Part shown: positions 54,036-63,410 of the stretch, one piece after another
How the letters are laid out: each line of letters starts with the position of its first letter
How positions within the stretch are numbered: position 1 is the first letter of the stretch
Assembly (NCBI GenBank): GCA_963825055.1
Contig: CAWGSK010000002.1
Location: 128,001 to 192,000 of the forward strand
Reading direction: 5' to 3'
Source of the DNA: an uncultured Gemmatimonadales bacterium
GTDB lineage: Bacteria > Gemmatimonadota > Gemmatimonadetes > Gemmatimonadales > GWC2-71-9
Length of the DNA stretch: 64,000 bases
The notes under the pieces: generated by a model
The model's database searches: none
The model's input: only the letters and a program-made list of their open reading frames with translations
What the model was told of the DNA's origin: nothing
Position numbers and translations under genes: made by a program

Positions 54036-55339
54036 GGCGGTTCGCCCTCGGCAGCCTGGCGCTCCTCTGCCTCGCTACGGCCCCCGCCCGCGCCCAGGAC
54101 AGCGGTAGCGCGCCCGGTGTCCGTCTCGGCATTACCTACAATCCCGGCATGCGTCCACGGATCGTGATCCTGCCGGGTTCCGGCCTCGATTCGGCACAGG
54201 CCATTCTCCAGCGCGACCTGGATTACAGCGACCGGTTCGAGGTCGTGGTGATCCCACCCGGGGAAATTGCCCGTGGCCGGGGCTCCGATGGCACCATCGA
54301 CTACCGGCTGTACCGGACGCTCGGCGCGAATTACGGGGTGGAAGTCTCCCCGGCCTCGGTCGGCGTCACGGTGCGGCTGTACGACCTCGTCGGCGGCCGG
54401 GTGGCGCGGGAGCAGGTGTTCGCCCTGGGCGACGCGGCCGGTGAGGGGGACCGGATGCAGGTGCACCGGATCAGTGACGAGGTCGTTCGCTGGATCACGG
54501 GGCTGCCCGGGATCGCCTCGAGCCGGCTGCTGATGGTGGTGGGCCGGCAGATCTTCCGGATCGACAGCGACGGGGCAGCGCTGACGGCGGTGACCTCCGC
54601 CAGCGAGAAGGCCCTGTCGCCGGCGTGGGCGCCGGATGGCCACCGTTTCGCCTGGACCCGTTTCGACGAGGGCCAGGGCAGCATCGTCATTCAGGACCTG
54701 GCGACCGGGAGGCGCCAGACTGTGGCCGGGACAGGTCGGTTTCTTAACATCACGCCGGCGTTTTCCCCGGACGGCGCCACCCTGGCCTGGGCCCGGGCGG
54801 ACGAGGAGGGGACCGACATCTACCGGGCCGATGTGGCGCGGAACTGCTGCGCCAGCCGGCTCACGGTCGGCCGCTTCGCCGACAATCTCTCCCCGTCCTT
54901 CTCGCCCGACGGCCGGCGGATCGCCTTCATCTCCACCCGGTCGGGGCTGCCCCAGGTGTACGTCATGGATGCCGACGGCACCGACCAGGAGCTGTTTGCG
55001 CCGTTCGATTACGGCGTGACAGGCAGTTCCAACGCCCCGGACTGGTCTCCGGACGGCGCCAGTGTCACATTTCACCGGGACGTGGACCGGGCACCGCAGG
55101 TCTTCGTCCTCGATGTCAACAGCCGCCGGGTGCGGCAGTTGACCTCATCTGGCCGCAATGAGGACCCCACCTGGGCTCCGGACGGGCGCCATATCGCCTT
55201 CGTCTCGAACCGTAGTGGGAGGCAGCAGCTCTGGATCATTGACGTTGAGTCGGGCAGGATCCGCGCCTTGCCGACGCCGGGTGGTACCCGGCTCCCGGCG
55301 TGGTCCCGCCGGCTCGCGGAGTTCACGAACAACCCCTGA
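54032..55339 (+). CDS. tolB: Tol-Pal beta-propeller protein TolB
   Basis: Signal peptide, repeated PD40 motifs (PAWAPDG, PAFSPDG, PSFSPDG, PDWSPDG, PTWAPDG). Confidence 0.9.
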   Translation: MRRFALGSLALLCLATAPARAQDSGSAPGVRLGITYNPGMRPRIVILPGSGLDSAQAILQRDLDYSDRFEVVVIPPGEIARGRGSDGTIDYRLYRTLGANYGVEVSPASVGVTVRLYDLVGGRVAREQVFALGDAAGEGDRMQVHRISDEVVRWITGLPGIASSRLLMVVGRQIFRIDSDGAALTAVTSASEKALSPAWAPDGHRFAWTRFDEGQGSIVIQDLATGRRQTVAGTGRFLNITPAFSPDGATLAWARADEEGTDIYRADVARNCCASRLTVGRFADNLSPSFSPDGRRIAFISTRSGLPQVYVMDADGTDQELFAPFDYGVTGSSNAPDWSPDGASVTFHRDVDRAPQVFVLDVNSRRVRQLTSSGRNEDPTWAPDGRHIAFVSNRSGRQQLWIIDVESGRIRALPTPGGTRLPAWSRRLAEFTNNP

Positions 55340-55350
55340 GGAGGAAGCAC

Positions 55351-55953
55351 ATGCGCATGCGTTCCCTGCTGGTTCTGCTGGCCGCTGCCACGATCTCGAC
55401 GGCGTGCGGCAGCAATCCGCCGCCCGAAGAGCCCACGCCCGCGATCGACAGCACCGCGATCAAGGCACGGATGCGTCAGGATTCCATCGACGCCGCAAAC
55501 CGGGCCGCCCGTGAGCAGGCCGCGCGCGATTCGGCCGCCCGGGCCCGTGCCGCCGCCGAGGCGGCGGAGCGTGCACGCATGGCGCTCATGAACGAAATGT
55601 CCGCGATGATCCACTTCGACTTCGACAAGTCGGACATCAAGTCGGATGACATGGCCAACCTCGACCGCAAGGCCGCCATCCTGATGGCGAATACGGGCGT
55701 TACCCTCCGCATCTCGGGTCATGCCGACGAGCGGGGCTCGGACGAATACAACCTGGCGCTGGGCAACCGCCGTGCGAATTCGGCCAAGCGGTACCTGGTC
55801 AACAAGGGCGTCCCCGAGGGGCGGATCACCACGGTGAGCTTCGGTGAGGAGCGCCCGGTCGCCATGGGCAGCACCGAGGACGCCTGGGCCCAGAACCGGC
55901 GGGACGAGTTCGAGATCACGGGCGGCGGCAACTCGCTCGTGGCGCCGAAGTAG
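55351..55953 (+). CDS. pal: Peptidoglycan-associated lipoprotein
   Basis: SD GAGGAGG, lipobox STAC, IHFDFDKS, GHADERGSDEYNLALG, NRRDEF. Confidence 0.95.
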   Translation: MRMRSLLVLLAAATISTACGSNPPPEEPTPAIDSTAIKARMRQDSIDAANRAAREQAARDSAARARAAAEAAERARMALMNEMSAMIHFDFDKSDIKSDDMANLDRKAAILMANTGVTLRISGHADERGSDEYNLALGNRRANSAKRYLVNKGVPEGRITTVSFGEERPVAMGSTEDAWAQNRRDEFEITGGGNSLVAPK

Positions 55954-55966
55954 TCCTGTGCTTCGC

Positions 55967-56743
55967 ATGCTCAAGGCCACCCCGCTCGCCGGGGTGGCCC
56001 TGTGCATCGCCCTCGGGGGCTGCGCCCTCAAGAGCGATGTGAAGCGGGTCGAGACGGAGGTCGTACTGCTCCGCCAGGAGACGGCCCGCCGCGATTCCGT
56101 GCGCGCTGCTCGGCTGACCGAGATCATCACGCTGCAGCAGGAGCTGATGGACTCCCTCGGCACCGCCGTCACCCAGACCCAGCGGACGGTCCGGGCCATG
56201 CAGGGCAGCGTGTCGAACGACCTCTACAACGTGCAGCAGCAGCTGGTGCAGCTCCAGGAACTGAGCGGCCAGAGCCAGCAGCGCCTGAGTGAACTGCGGG
56301 CCCAGGTGGAAGCCCGGGGCCAGGAGGTTGCCCGGGACACCGCTGCGGCCGCAGCCGGTCCGGCGCCTGCCTCGGCCGAGCAGATGTACCAGGCCTCCCT
56401 CCAGCAGTTGCGCCGGGGCAGCCTGACCACCGCGCGGCTGGGCTTCCGGCAGCTGGTGCAGGCGTATCCCACGAGTCCACGAGTGCCCGACGCCCTGTAT
56501 TTCATCGGCGAGAGCTTCTCGTCCGACCAGCCCGATTCCGCCGTGGTGTACTACCAGAACATCATCGGCAGCCACCCGGGGTCCGCGCGCGTGGCGCCGT
56601 CCCTGTACAAGCTCGGACTGCTGGCGGAGCAGCGTGGCGACGCCGCCCAGGCCCGGACCTACTACCAGCGCGTGGTCTCGGAGTTCCCCCGGTCCGACGA
56701 AGCGGCCCTCGCGCGCGACAAGCTGAGAGCGTCCGGGCAGTAG
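55967..56743 (+). CDS. cpoB: Tol-Pal system protein CpoB/YbgF (lipoprotein)
   Basis: Lipobox LGGC, coiled coil, TPRs (YPTSPRVPDALY, SLYKLG). Follows pal. Confidence 0.85.
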   Translation: MLKATPLAGVALCIALGGCALKSDVKRVETEVVLLRQETARRDSVRAARLTEIITLQQELMDSLGTAVTQTQRTVRAMQGSVSNDLYNVQQQLVQLQELSGQSQQRLSELRAQVEARGQEVARDTAAAAAGPAPASAEQMYQASLQQLRRGSLTTARLGFRQLVQAYPTSPRVPDALYFIGESFSSDQPDSAVVYYQNIIGSHPGSARVAPSLYKLGLLAEQRGDAAQARTYYQRVVSEFPRSDEAALARDKLRASGQ

Positions 56744-56761
56744 CCCCAGGCGCCGCTGGTT

Positions 56762-59700
56762 ATGGCCACACCCGGCGGGGAGATGCCGTTCCTCGATCAT
56801 CTCGAGGAATTGCGCTCGCGAATTCTCAAGGCGCTGGGCGCCATTGTCCTGGCCTTCATTGCCGGGTTCTGGATCGTCCAGCGCTTCAACGTCGTTTCCC
56901 TCCTCAAGGAACCGATCTCCCCGTACCTCGCCGGCGGGAAGCTCGCGGTCCTGAGCCCGACCGAACCCGTGATGATCGTCTTCAAGCTCGGGTTCCTGGT
57001 CGGGCTCGTGCTCGCGTCGCCAATCATCATCTGGCAGCTGTGGGCCTTCCTGGCCCCTGCGCTCTATCAGAAGGAAAAGCGGGCGATCGTCCCGGCCCTC
57101 TTCGTCGGGTTCGTCCTGTTCCTGATCGGCGCGGCTGCCGGGTATTTCGGGGTGGTGCCGCAGGCACTCCGGGTGCTGTTCAGCTTCCAGAGCGAGGCGC
57201 TGACCCCCGTCATCACGTATGACGCCTACTTCAGCTTCATCCTGCAGGTCGTGCTGGCCCTCGGCATCAGCTTCGAGCTGCCGCTGGTGATCATCGTCCT
57301 CGCCTCGCTCGGGGTGGTGGACCCGCCGATGCTGAACCGGTTCCGGCGGTTCGCCCTGGTGCTGGCGTGTATCGCGGGCGCTGTGCTCTCGCCCGGGGCG
57401 GATGTCCTGTCGATGATCATGATGACGATCCCGCTGATTTTCCTGTATGAGGTTGGCTTCTTCGGGACCGTGCTCATCTACCGGCGCCGGCGCCGGGCGG
57501 ATCGCGGGGCGGGCCGGACGGCGGCCATCATCCTGCTGCTGCTCTTCCTGGGCGGGGGATCGGCGGTGGCCCAGGTGCCCGGCAAGCTGCTGAAGCCGCC
57601 GCCCGGGAAGCTGCAGGATACCACCGCGGTGCGCGATACGTCGCGCGTGCCTCCCGCGGTGCTCGATTCCGCCCAGGCCGAGCGCCTGGGCCTGCCCACC
57701 GCCCCGACCCGCCCGTTCCCCGAACCCGATTCCATCATGGCCGCCCTCCTGGCACGGCCCGGTTACCAGGTCATCCGGTTCCAGGCCGACACGGCGACGC
57801 TGTATGCGGAGGAGAAACGGATCGTGCTGGAGGGACGGGCGGCCACCGAGCGCCGGGGAAGCGTCCTTGAAGCGGATCATATCCTCTACGACGACACCGC
57901 GTGCCTGCTCCAGGCCAGCGGCGGCCTCCGGCTCTTCGACGGGGGCACCGTGATGGTGGGGGACTCGATCCGGTACAACAGCTGCCGGAAGCGCAGCGTG
58001 GTGGCTGACGCGCTGACCAACTTCGCCGAGGGGCAGACCGTGTGGTTTCTGCGCGGCAACATCGCGCAGGATTCGAGCGCCAGCCGGATCTACGCCAGTT
58101 CGGGCGACTTCACCAGCTGCGACCTCCCCGTGCCGCACTACCACTTCTCCGCGGGTGAGGTGAAGTGGATCAGCAAGAACATGATCGTCGCCAGGCCCGC
58201 CGTCCTCTACGTGCGGGACGTCCCGATCCTCTGGCTGCCCTTCGTCTTCCAGGACACCCGCCCCGGCCGCCGCTCGGGCATCCTGATCCCGCAGTTCGGG
58301 ATCAACGACATCGTCCGGCCCGATCCGGGCTACAACCGGCAGGTCACGAACCTCGGCTACTACTGGGCCCCCAGCGAGTACTTCGACCTCACCGCGCGGC
58401 TCGACTGGTATGCCAACCGGTACGTGCAGTTCGGGCTCGCGGGGCAGTACCGCATCCTGGACCGGTTCCTGAGTGGAAATATCAACGTGAACCGCCAGCA
58501 GGAGAACACTGGCTCGCGGGCCACCTCGATCCGCTGGGACCACCGCCAGAACTTCAACCTGACCACCACGCTGAACTTCAATGTCAATTACGTCACCAAC
58601 ACTTCGATCGTGCAGCGCAATGCCATCGACCCGGTGCTGTCCACCCAGCAGATCACGAGCTCGCTCAACTTCACGAAGCGCTTCGGCTGGGGAGCGGTCA
58701 CCCTGGGTGGCAACCGGCGGCAGAACCTGAGCGACAAGAGCGCGACCACCCAGTTCCCGGCACTGACGATCTCGCCCAAGCCGCTCGACCTCGGGCGGAA
58801 CATCACGTGGTCGCCCGGGCTGAGCCTGACCAACGACCTGACGACCGGCACGGCCCTGCCGGGCCTGGTGACGCTGAACGCGGCGGGACTGCCCGACACG
58901 TTCGCGCAGACCAGCGACGCCCGCACCACGGCGTTCAACCTGGATACGCCGCTCCGGATCGGCAGCTTCAGCTGGCGGAACTCCATCAGCGTGATCGACC
59001 GGAAGGTGACGGGCCGGCAGGTGGTCACTTTCCAGGAGGACAACCCCGTCACCGCGGATCCGACAGATTCGGTGACCGTGAGCCAGGTCTATCCCGGGGA
59101 CTTCTCCACCGGGATCGACTGGAACACCGGTATCAACCTGCCGACCCTCTTCCGCGGATCCTGGAAGATTCAGCCCGTCGTCGGAATCGCGAACGCCACG
59201 ACCGCCGGCCCGTTTGCCCTCCGGAACCGGAACACCAACGGCAACTATGTCCTGCAGGGGAAGCGGTTTTCCCTCACCCTGGGGGCGACACCGACCTTCT
59301 TCGGGTTCCTGAACGGCCTCGGGCCACTGAGCCGGGTCCGGCACAGCATCTCCCCGGTCCTGTCCTTCACCTACAGCCCCGAGGCCAGCGTCCCGCTGGA
59401 CTACGCGGAAGCGCTCGCCGGCCCGGGTCGCACACCCGTGCTCACGAGCGCGGCGCGGAAGTCGCTCAGCATGAGCCTCAACCAGAACCTGGAGGCGAAG
59501 ACCCGTCGCGCGCCCGGCGATACCTCCGACGCCGGCGTGCGGAAGTTCCGGATCTTCAGCATTGCCACCAGCGCGATCGCGTATGACTTCGAGCAGGCCT
59601 CGCAGCCGGGCCGGACCGGGTGGACCACCCAGACCGTCACGAATTCCTTCCAGAGCGACCTGCTGCGGGGGTTCAACCTGAGCCTGACGCACGACCTCTG

Positions 59701-60265
59701 GCGCGGGACGGTGGGCACCGATACCGCCGACTTCAAGCCCTTTCTCCAGAGCATGAACGCCAGCTTCGCGCTGAGCGGCAGCACGTTCCGGTCCATCCTC
59801 TCGCTGGTGGGCCTCGCCGGGGCCGCGCCCGACACGGGCCGGCGCGCGGCGGAGCCCGCAGTGCCGACGTCGTACGTCGCCGACGTTGGCCGGCGGCGCT
59901 CCGGCTCCTTCTACAGCTCCGAACAGATTCCCGGCGCCCGGGGCCGGGGCTTCACCGCCAACGTCAACTACTCCCTGAGCCGGGTGCGCGGCGACACGAC
60001 TCGACCCGCGCAACAGAACCTCGGGTTCAGTACGGCCTTCTCGCCGACCCCGCTCTGGTCGCTCTCCTGGTCGGCACAGTACAACGTGACCGACTCAAAG
60101 TTCGAGTCCCAGGTCATCCGGCTCGAACGCGACCTGCACGAATGGCGCGCCAGCTTCAACTTCGTGCGGAATGCCAACGGCAACGTCGCATTCTTCTTCA
60201 GCATCTACCTGACCGACCTGCCGGACCTGAAATTCGACTACGACCAGACGACCATCAAGCGGTGA
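56762..60265 (+). CDS. tatC: TatC fused in frame to a putative LPS-assembly protein LptD-like beta-barrel
   Basis: Residues 1-240 are TatC (EMPFLDHLEELRSR, QLWAFLAPALY, FELP, PLIFLYE). A signal-like segment follows, then LptD-like sequence (FTSCDLPVPHYHF, RRSGILIP, NLGYYWA, LERDLHEW). Confidence 0.88.
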   Translation: MATPGGEMPFLDHLEELRSRILKALGAIVLAFIAGFWIVQRFNVVSLLKEPISPYLAGGKLAVLSPTEPVMIVFKLGFLVGLVLASPIIIWQLWAFLAPALYQKEKRAIVPALFVGFVLFLIGAAAGYFGVVPQALRVLFSFQSEALTPVITYDAYFSFILQVVLALGISFELPLVIIVLASLGVVDPPMLNRFRRFALVLACIAGAVLSPGADVLSMIMMTIPLIFLYEVGFFGTVLIYRRRRRADRGAGRTAAIILLLLFLGGGSAVAQVPGKLLKPPPGKLQDTTAVRDTSRVPPAVLDSAQAERLGLPTAPTRPFPEPDSIMAALLARPGYQVIRFQADTATLYAEEKRIVLEGRAATERRGSVLEADHILYDDTACLLQASGGLRLFDGGTVMVGDSIRYNSCRKRSVVADALTNFAEGQTVWFLRGNIAQDSSASRIYASSGDFTSCDLPVPHYHFSAGEVKWISKNMIVARPAVLYVRDVPILWLPFVFQDTRPGRRSGILIPQFGINDIVRPDPGYNRQVTNLGYYWAPSEYFDLTARLDWYANRYVQFGLAGQYRILDRFLSGNINVNRQQENTGSRATSIRWDHRQNFNLTTTLNFNVNYVTNTSIVQRNAIDPVLSTQQITSSLNFTKRFGWGAVTLGGNRRQNLSDKSATTQFPALTISPKPLDLGRNITWSPGLSLTNDLTTGTALPGLVTLNAAGLPDTFAQTSDARTTAFNLDTPLRIGSFSWRNSISVIDRKVTGRQVVTFQEDNPVTADPTDSVTVSQVYPGDFSTGIDWNTGINLPTLFRGSWKIQPVVGIANATTAGPFALRNRNTNGNYVLQGKRFSLTLGATPTFFGFLNGLGPLSRVRHSISPVLSFTYSPEASVPLDYAEALAGPGRTPVLTSAARKSLSMSLNQNLEAKTRRAPGDTSDAGVRKFRIFSIATSAIAYDFEQASQPGRTGWTTQTVTNSFQSDLLRGFNLSLTHDLWRGTVGTDTADFKPFLQSMNASFALSGSTFRSILSLVGLAGAAPDTGRRAAEPAVPTSYVADVGRRRSGSFYSSEQIPGARGRGFTANVNYSLSRVRGDTTRPAQQNLGFSTAFSPTPLWSLSWSAQYNVTDSKFESQVIRLERDLHEWRASFNFVRNANGNVAFFFSIYLTDLPDLKFDYDQTTIKR

Positions 60266-60398
60266 GGGGACAGGGAGTGGGTTTCGGGTATCGGGTATCG
60301 GGTATCGGGGATCGGGTCTCATTGGTCCGTTACCTTTGGTCCGCCCGTCCGCCCGTCCGCCCGTCCGCCCGTCCGCCCGTCCGCCCGGTCCTGTCCCC
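60266..60398. repeat. Compound intergenic repeat: (GGGTATC)x6 degenerate plus (GTCCGCCC)x6, inside a 9-bp inverted repeat
   Basis: 7-mers at 60279-60320, 8-mers at 60339-60386, GGGGACAGG at 60266-60274 and CCTGTCCCC at 60390-60398. Confidence 0.95.
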
Positions 60399-60469
60399 CG
60401 TACGGGACACCCTTCCTTGCCCACAAAGCCTAACCGGTTGTGGCACAATGCATTTCACCGTCGTGCCTG

Positions 60470-60486
60470 CTGGCACGCACCATGCT
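60470..60486 (+). promoter_or_regulatory. Sigma54 (-24/-12) promoter
   Basis: CTGGCACGCACCATGCT has GG-N10-GC spacing and ends 32 nt before ATG 60519. Confidence 0.65.
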
Positions 60487-60518
60487 TTCCCTGCAGGCAT
60501 CCCCTACCGGAGACACCA

Positions 60519-61646
60519 ATGAGATCGCGCTGGTTGCTGCTGCTCGCCCCCTTTGCCGCCTTCGCCTGCACCAACGACGTGCTGGTGGACAACTCTCCTC
60601 CCGCGCCCACCGGCCTGATCTACGAGGTCGAGCCGAGCGGAACGCCGGGCAGTCCTTCGGGACTCCTGTTGACGTGGGATGACGTGTCGGACCCGACGAT
60701 CAAGGTCTGGCACGTGTACTCGCGGGGGGCGATCGGTGACACCTGGCTGCTGCGGGGCAGCACCACCTCCAGCAGCTTCCACGATGCCGGCGTTCCGCAC
60801 CTGCAGTACTACGTAACGGCGGAAGACGATGCCGGCATCGAGAGCGCGCCGAGCAGCACCGTCACCGTGGACGAACGGCTGGCGCTGAGCCGTCCCACCA
60901 CGATGTCGACGACATCGCTGGACGGGGCTATCGCGCTGACCTGGTCCGACAACCCCTTCACCGAGAGTCCCGGCGGCTTCAAGATCTACCGGGTCTACAG
61001 TGCCTCGTACGACCTGGACGCGGGACTGTGCGGGGTGAACTGGTCGCTGGAAGGCACCAGCGTGGCACCTGAGTTCATCGCAGCCAGCCTGACCAACGGC
61101 GTCCCGCGCTGCTTCGCAGTCTCCGCGATCAGCATCGAGGGCTTCGAGAGTCTCTGGTCGCCGATCCGCTCGGATACGCCGCGGCCCGACGCCCGTAACG
61201 TGGTGCTCTATGCACGGCAGTTCTCCGACGCGGGCAGCGGATTCCGCTTCTGGCGCGACCAGGATGGCGACGGGTTTGCCGATGCCTCCGAGATCGGGCT
61301 TGTCGAGAGCGGATCGCGGACCGATATCGATTTCTCGGTCGAGCGCGATGTGGCCGGAGACCTGTACCTGACGCCGGTGCGCGCCGGGACGGGGGTAAAT
61401 GGCTACGGGACGGTGCCGGTTGCCGACCTGACCAGCATCGACTTCGCGCCGGATTCCACGTATCTCACCTCTGCGATCCAGGCGGTACCGGGATTCGGCT
61501 ACGTGTTCGAAATGGACGGCGGCGACGGGTTCGCACGCTACGGCGCTGTGCGGGTAACCCACGTCGGGCAGGATTTCCTGATCCTCGACTGGGCGTACCA
61601 GACCGACCCGGGGAATCCCGAGCTCGTCATCATCTCCGGCAACTGA
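60519..61646 (+). CDS. Lipoprotein with FnIII-like beta-sandwich repeats
   Basis: SD GGAG, lipobox AFAC, PPAPTGL...LTW...YYVTAED..G.ES pattern repeated, DxDxDG motif DQDGDG. Confidence 0.8.
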   Translation: MRSRWLLLLAPFAAFACTNDVLVDNSPPAPTGLIYEVEPSGTPGSPSGLLLTWDDVSDPTIKVWHVYSRGAIGDTWLLRGSTTSSSFHDAGVPHLQYYVTAEDDAGIESAPSSTVTVDERLALSRPTTMSTTSLDGAIALTWSDNPFTESPGGFKIYRVYSASYDLDAGLCGVNWSLEGTSVAPEFIAASLTNGVPRCFAVSAISIEGFESLWSPIRSDTPRPDARNVVLYARQFSDAGSGFRFWRDQDGDGFADASEIGLVESGSRTDIDFSVERDVAGDLYLTPVRAGTGVNGYGTVPVADLTSIDFAPDSTYLTSAIQAVPGFGYVFEMDGGDGFARYGAVRVTHVGQDFLILDWAYQTDPGNPELVIISGN

Positions 61647-61702
61647 GGGATCCGGCCTGACGGGGCGCGGCGCTCGCGTCCCGTCCGGCCACCCGGCGGG
61701 CC

Positions 61703-61731
61703 TTGTGCCCTCCTCCGGGGGGGCGCATGTT
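61703..61731 (+). promoter_or_regulatory. Possible sigma70 promoter, leaderless hutH
   Basis: TTGTGC-N17-CATGTT ends 7 nt before ATG 61739. Confidence 0.45.
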
Positions 61732-61738
61732 CCCCGCC

Positions 61739-63301
61739 ATGACTGCACCCCTCCGCCTCACCGGCTCCACGCTGACCGTGCAGGACACCGTCGACGTCGC
61801 GCGCAACCCGGCGCGGCGGGTCGTCCTGGACAATCATGCACGATCGACCCTGGCTGACAGCCGCGCGATGGTGGACCAGGCCATCGCCTCCGGCCAGACC
61901 ATCTACGGGATCAACACGGGCTTCGGGAAACTGGCGAACATCCGCGTCCCGGCCGACCAGCTGGTGGCGCTGCAGGCCAACCTCATCCGGAGCCATGCCG
62001 CCGGCGTGGGCGCCGCGCTTCCGCGGGACGTCGTCCGCGCCGCCATGCTGCTCCGGGCCAACGTGCTGCTGCGGCCCACGTCGGGCGTCCGGCCCGCGCT
62101 GGTCGAGTCGCTGGTGGACCTGCTGAACGCGGATATCGTCCCGATGGTGCCGGAGCAGGGGAGTGTGGGTGCGAGCGGCGACCTCGCGCCGCTGGCGCAC
62201 GTGGCGCAGGTCCTGATGGGCGAAGGGCACGTGCTCAGGCCCGACGGTACGGCCGGTCCGGCAGTGGGCGCGCTGGAGGAGGCTGGCCTGGCCCCGTTCG
62301 CCTTCGGCCCCAAGGAAGGCATCTCCTTCATCAACGGGACCCAGGCCCAGACTGCCCTGCTGGCGCTGCTGGTCCACGACGCCTGGATCTGCTGGCGAAG
62401 CGCGGTCGGGGCCGCGGCGATGAGTCTGGAAGCCCTCCGGGGCACGCCGGTCCCCCTCGACCCGCGAATTCACGAGGCCCGGCCACACCGCGGCCAGCGG
62501 CTCTGCGCCGCCCTCATGCGCGTGCTGCTGGACCAGAGCCAGATCCGGGAGTCGCACCGGGAGAACGACCCCCGCGTGCAGGACGCCTACAGCCTCCGGT
62601 GCACGCCACAGGTGCTCGGGGCGGTGGCCGATGCGATCGAGTTCGCCGAGGATACCGTGGTGGTGGAGCTCAACGCCTCCACCGACAACCCGCTTGTGTT
62701 CGCCAACGGCGACGTGCTTTCAGGTGGCAACTTCCACGGCCAGCCGGTGGCCCAGGCCCTCGACTTCCTCGCCATTGCGCTGACCACGCTCCAGGCCATC
62801 GCCGAGCGGCGGATCGAGAGGCTGGTCAATCCCGACCTGTCCCAGGGGCTGCCGGCCTTCCTGACGGCCGATCCCGGCCTCTGCAGCGGGTTCATGATGG
62901 TCCAGATCACGGCTGCCTCCCTCGTGGCGGAGTCCCGGACCCTCGCCAGCCCGGCCAGCATCGGCTCCATCCCGACGGATGCCAACCAGGAAGATTTCGT
63001 GCCCATGGGCATGGGGGCGGCCTGGAAGACCCGGCGCATCCTGGCCAATGCGGTGCGGGTGATCGGTGCGGAGTTCCTGTGCGGAGCCCAGGGCCTCGAC
63101 CTCCTCCGGCCGCTTGCCCCGGGACGGGGCGTGGGCGCATTACACCGGGTCATCCGCGAGGGCCCGGAGCCGGTGGCGGCCCTGGCGGACGACCGCTCAC
63201 CCTCCCCCGACCTCGAACGCCTGGCCCGCCTCGTCGCGCGGGGGGCGCTCGACCCCCACGAATGGCTCCCATCCGGCCCGCCGGGGTCGCCCCATCCCTG
63301 A
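61739..63301 (+). CDS. hutH: Histidine ammonia-lyase
   Basis: YGINTGFG, MIO-forming GSVGASGDLAPL, VQDAYSLRC, SGGNFHGQP, ANQED. Confidence 0.95.
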   Translation: MTAPLRLTGSTLTVQDTVDVARNPARRVVLDNHARSTLADSRAMVDQAIASGQTIYGINTGFGKLANIRVPADQLVALQANLIRSHAAGVGAALPRDVVRAAMLLRANVLLRPTSGVRPALVESLVDLLNADIVPMVPEQGSVGASGDLAPLAHVAQVLMGEGHVLRPDGTAGPAVGALEEAGLAPFAFGPKEGISFINGTQAQTALLALLVHDAWICWRSAVGAAAMSLEALRGTPVPLDPRIHEARPHRGQRLCAALMRVLLDQSQIRESHRENDPRVQDAYSLRCTPQVLGAVADAIEFAEDTVVVELNASTDNPLVFANGDVLSGGNFHGQPVAQALDFLAIALTTLQAIAERRIERLVNPDLSQGLPAFLTADPGLCSGFMMVQITAASLVAESRTLASPASIGSIPTDANQEDFVPMGMGAAWKTRRILANAVRVIGAEFLCGAQGLDLLRPLAPGRGVGALHRVIREGPEPVAALADDRSPSPDLERLARLVARGALDPHEWLPSGPPGSPHP

Positions 63302-63335
63302 CTGCGGTCAACCGGCGGCAGGAGGCGGACTTGGC

Positions 63336-63364
63336 TTGTGTGCCCCCTGAGCCGCCGGTATGTT
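63336..63364 (+). promoter_or_regulatory. Sigma70-type promoter
   Basis: TTGTGT-N17-TATGTT upstream of ATG 63411. Confidence 0.55.
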
Positions 63365-63410
63365 TCGGATGCTCCGTCCCATCGCCCATTCCCCATAGCA
63401 CCCGAGCCGG

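Noticed and set aside
57482..57496. Canonical twin-arginine signal at the TatC-LptD junction
   Set aside because: The Arg run lacks the S/T-R-R-x-F-L-K consensus. It is better explained as a positive-inside n-region of a Sec-type signal.
55916..60013. 1365-aa minus-strand ORF, and similar long antisense ORFs at 23540-26830, 38067-41216, 4274-6793 and 42212-44359
   Set aside because: These are antisense shadows of well-supported high-GC genes. They carry no recognisable motifs and are expected from strong GC3 bias.
60336..60518. N-terminal extension of the lipoprotein ORF (VRPSARPP repeats)
   Set aside because: It is a translation of the 8-mer array. The real start is ATG 60519, which has an SD and a lipoprotein signal.
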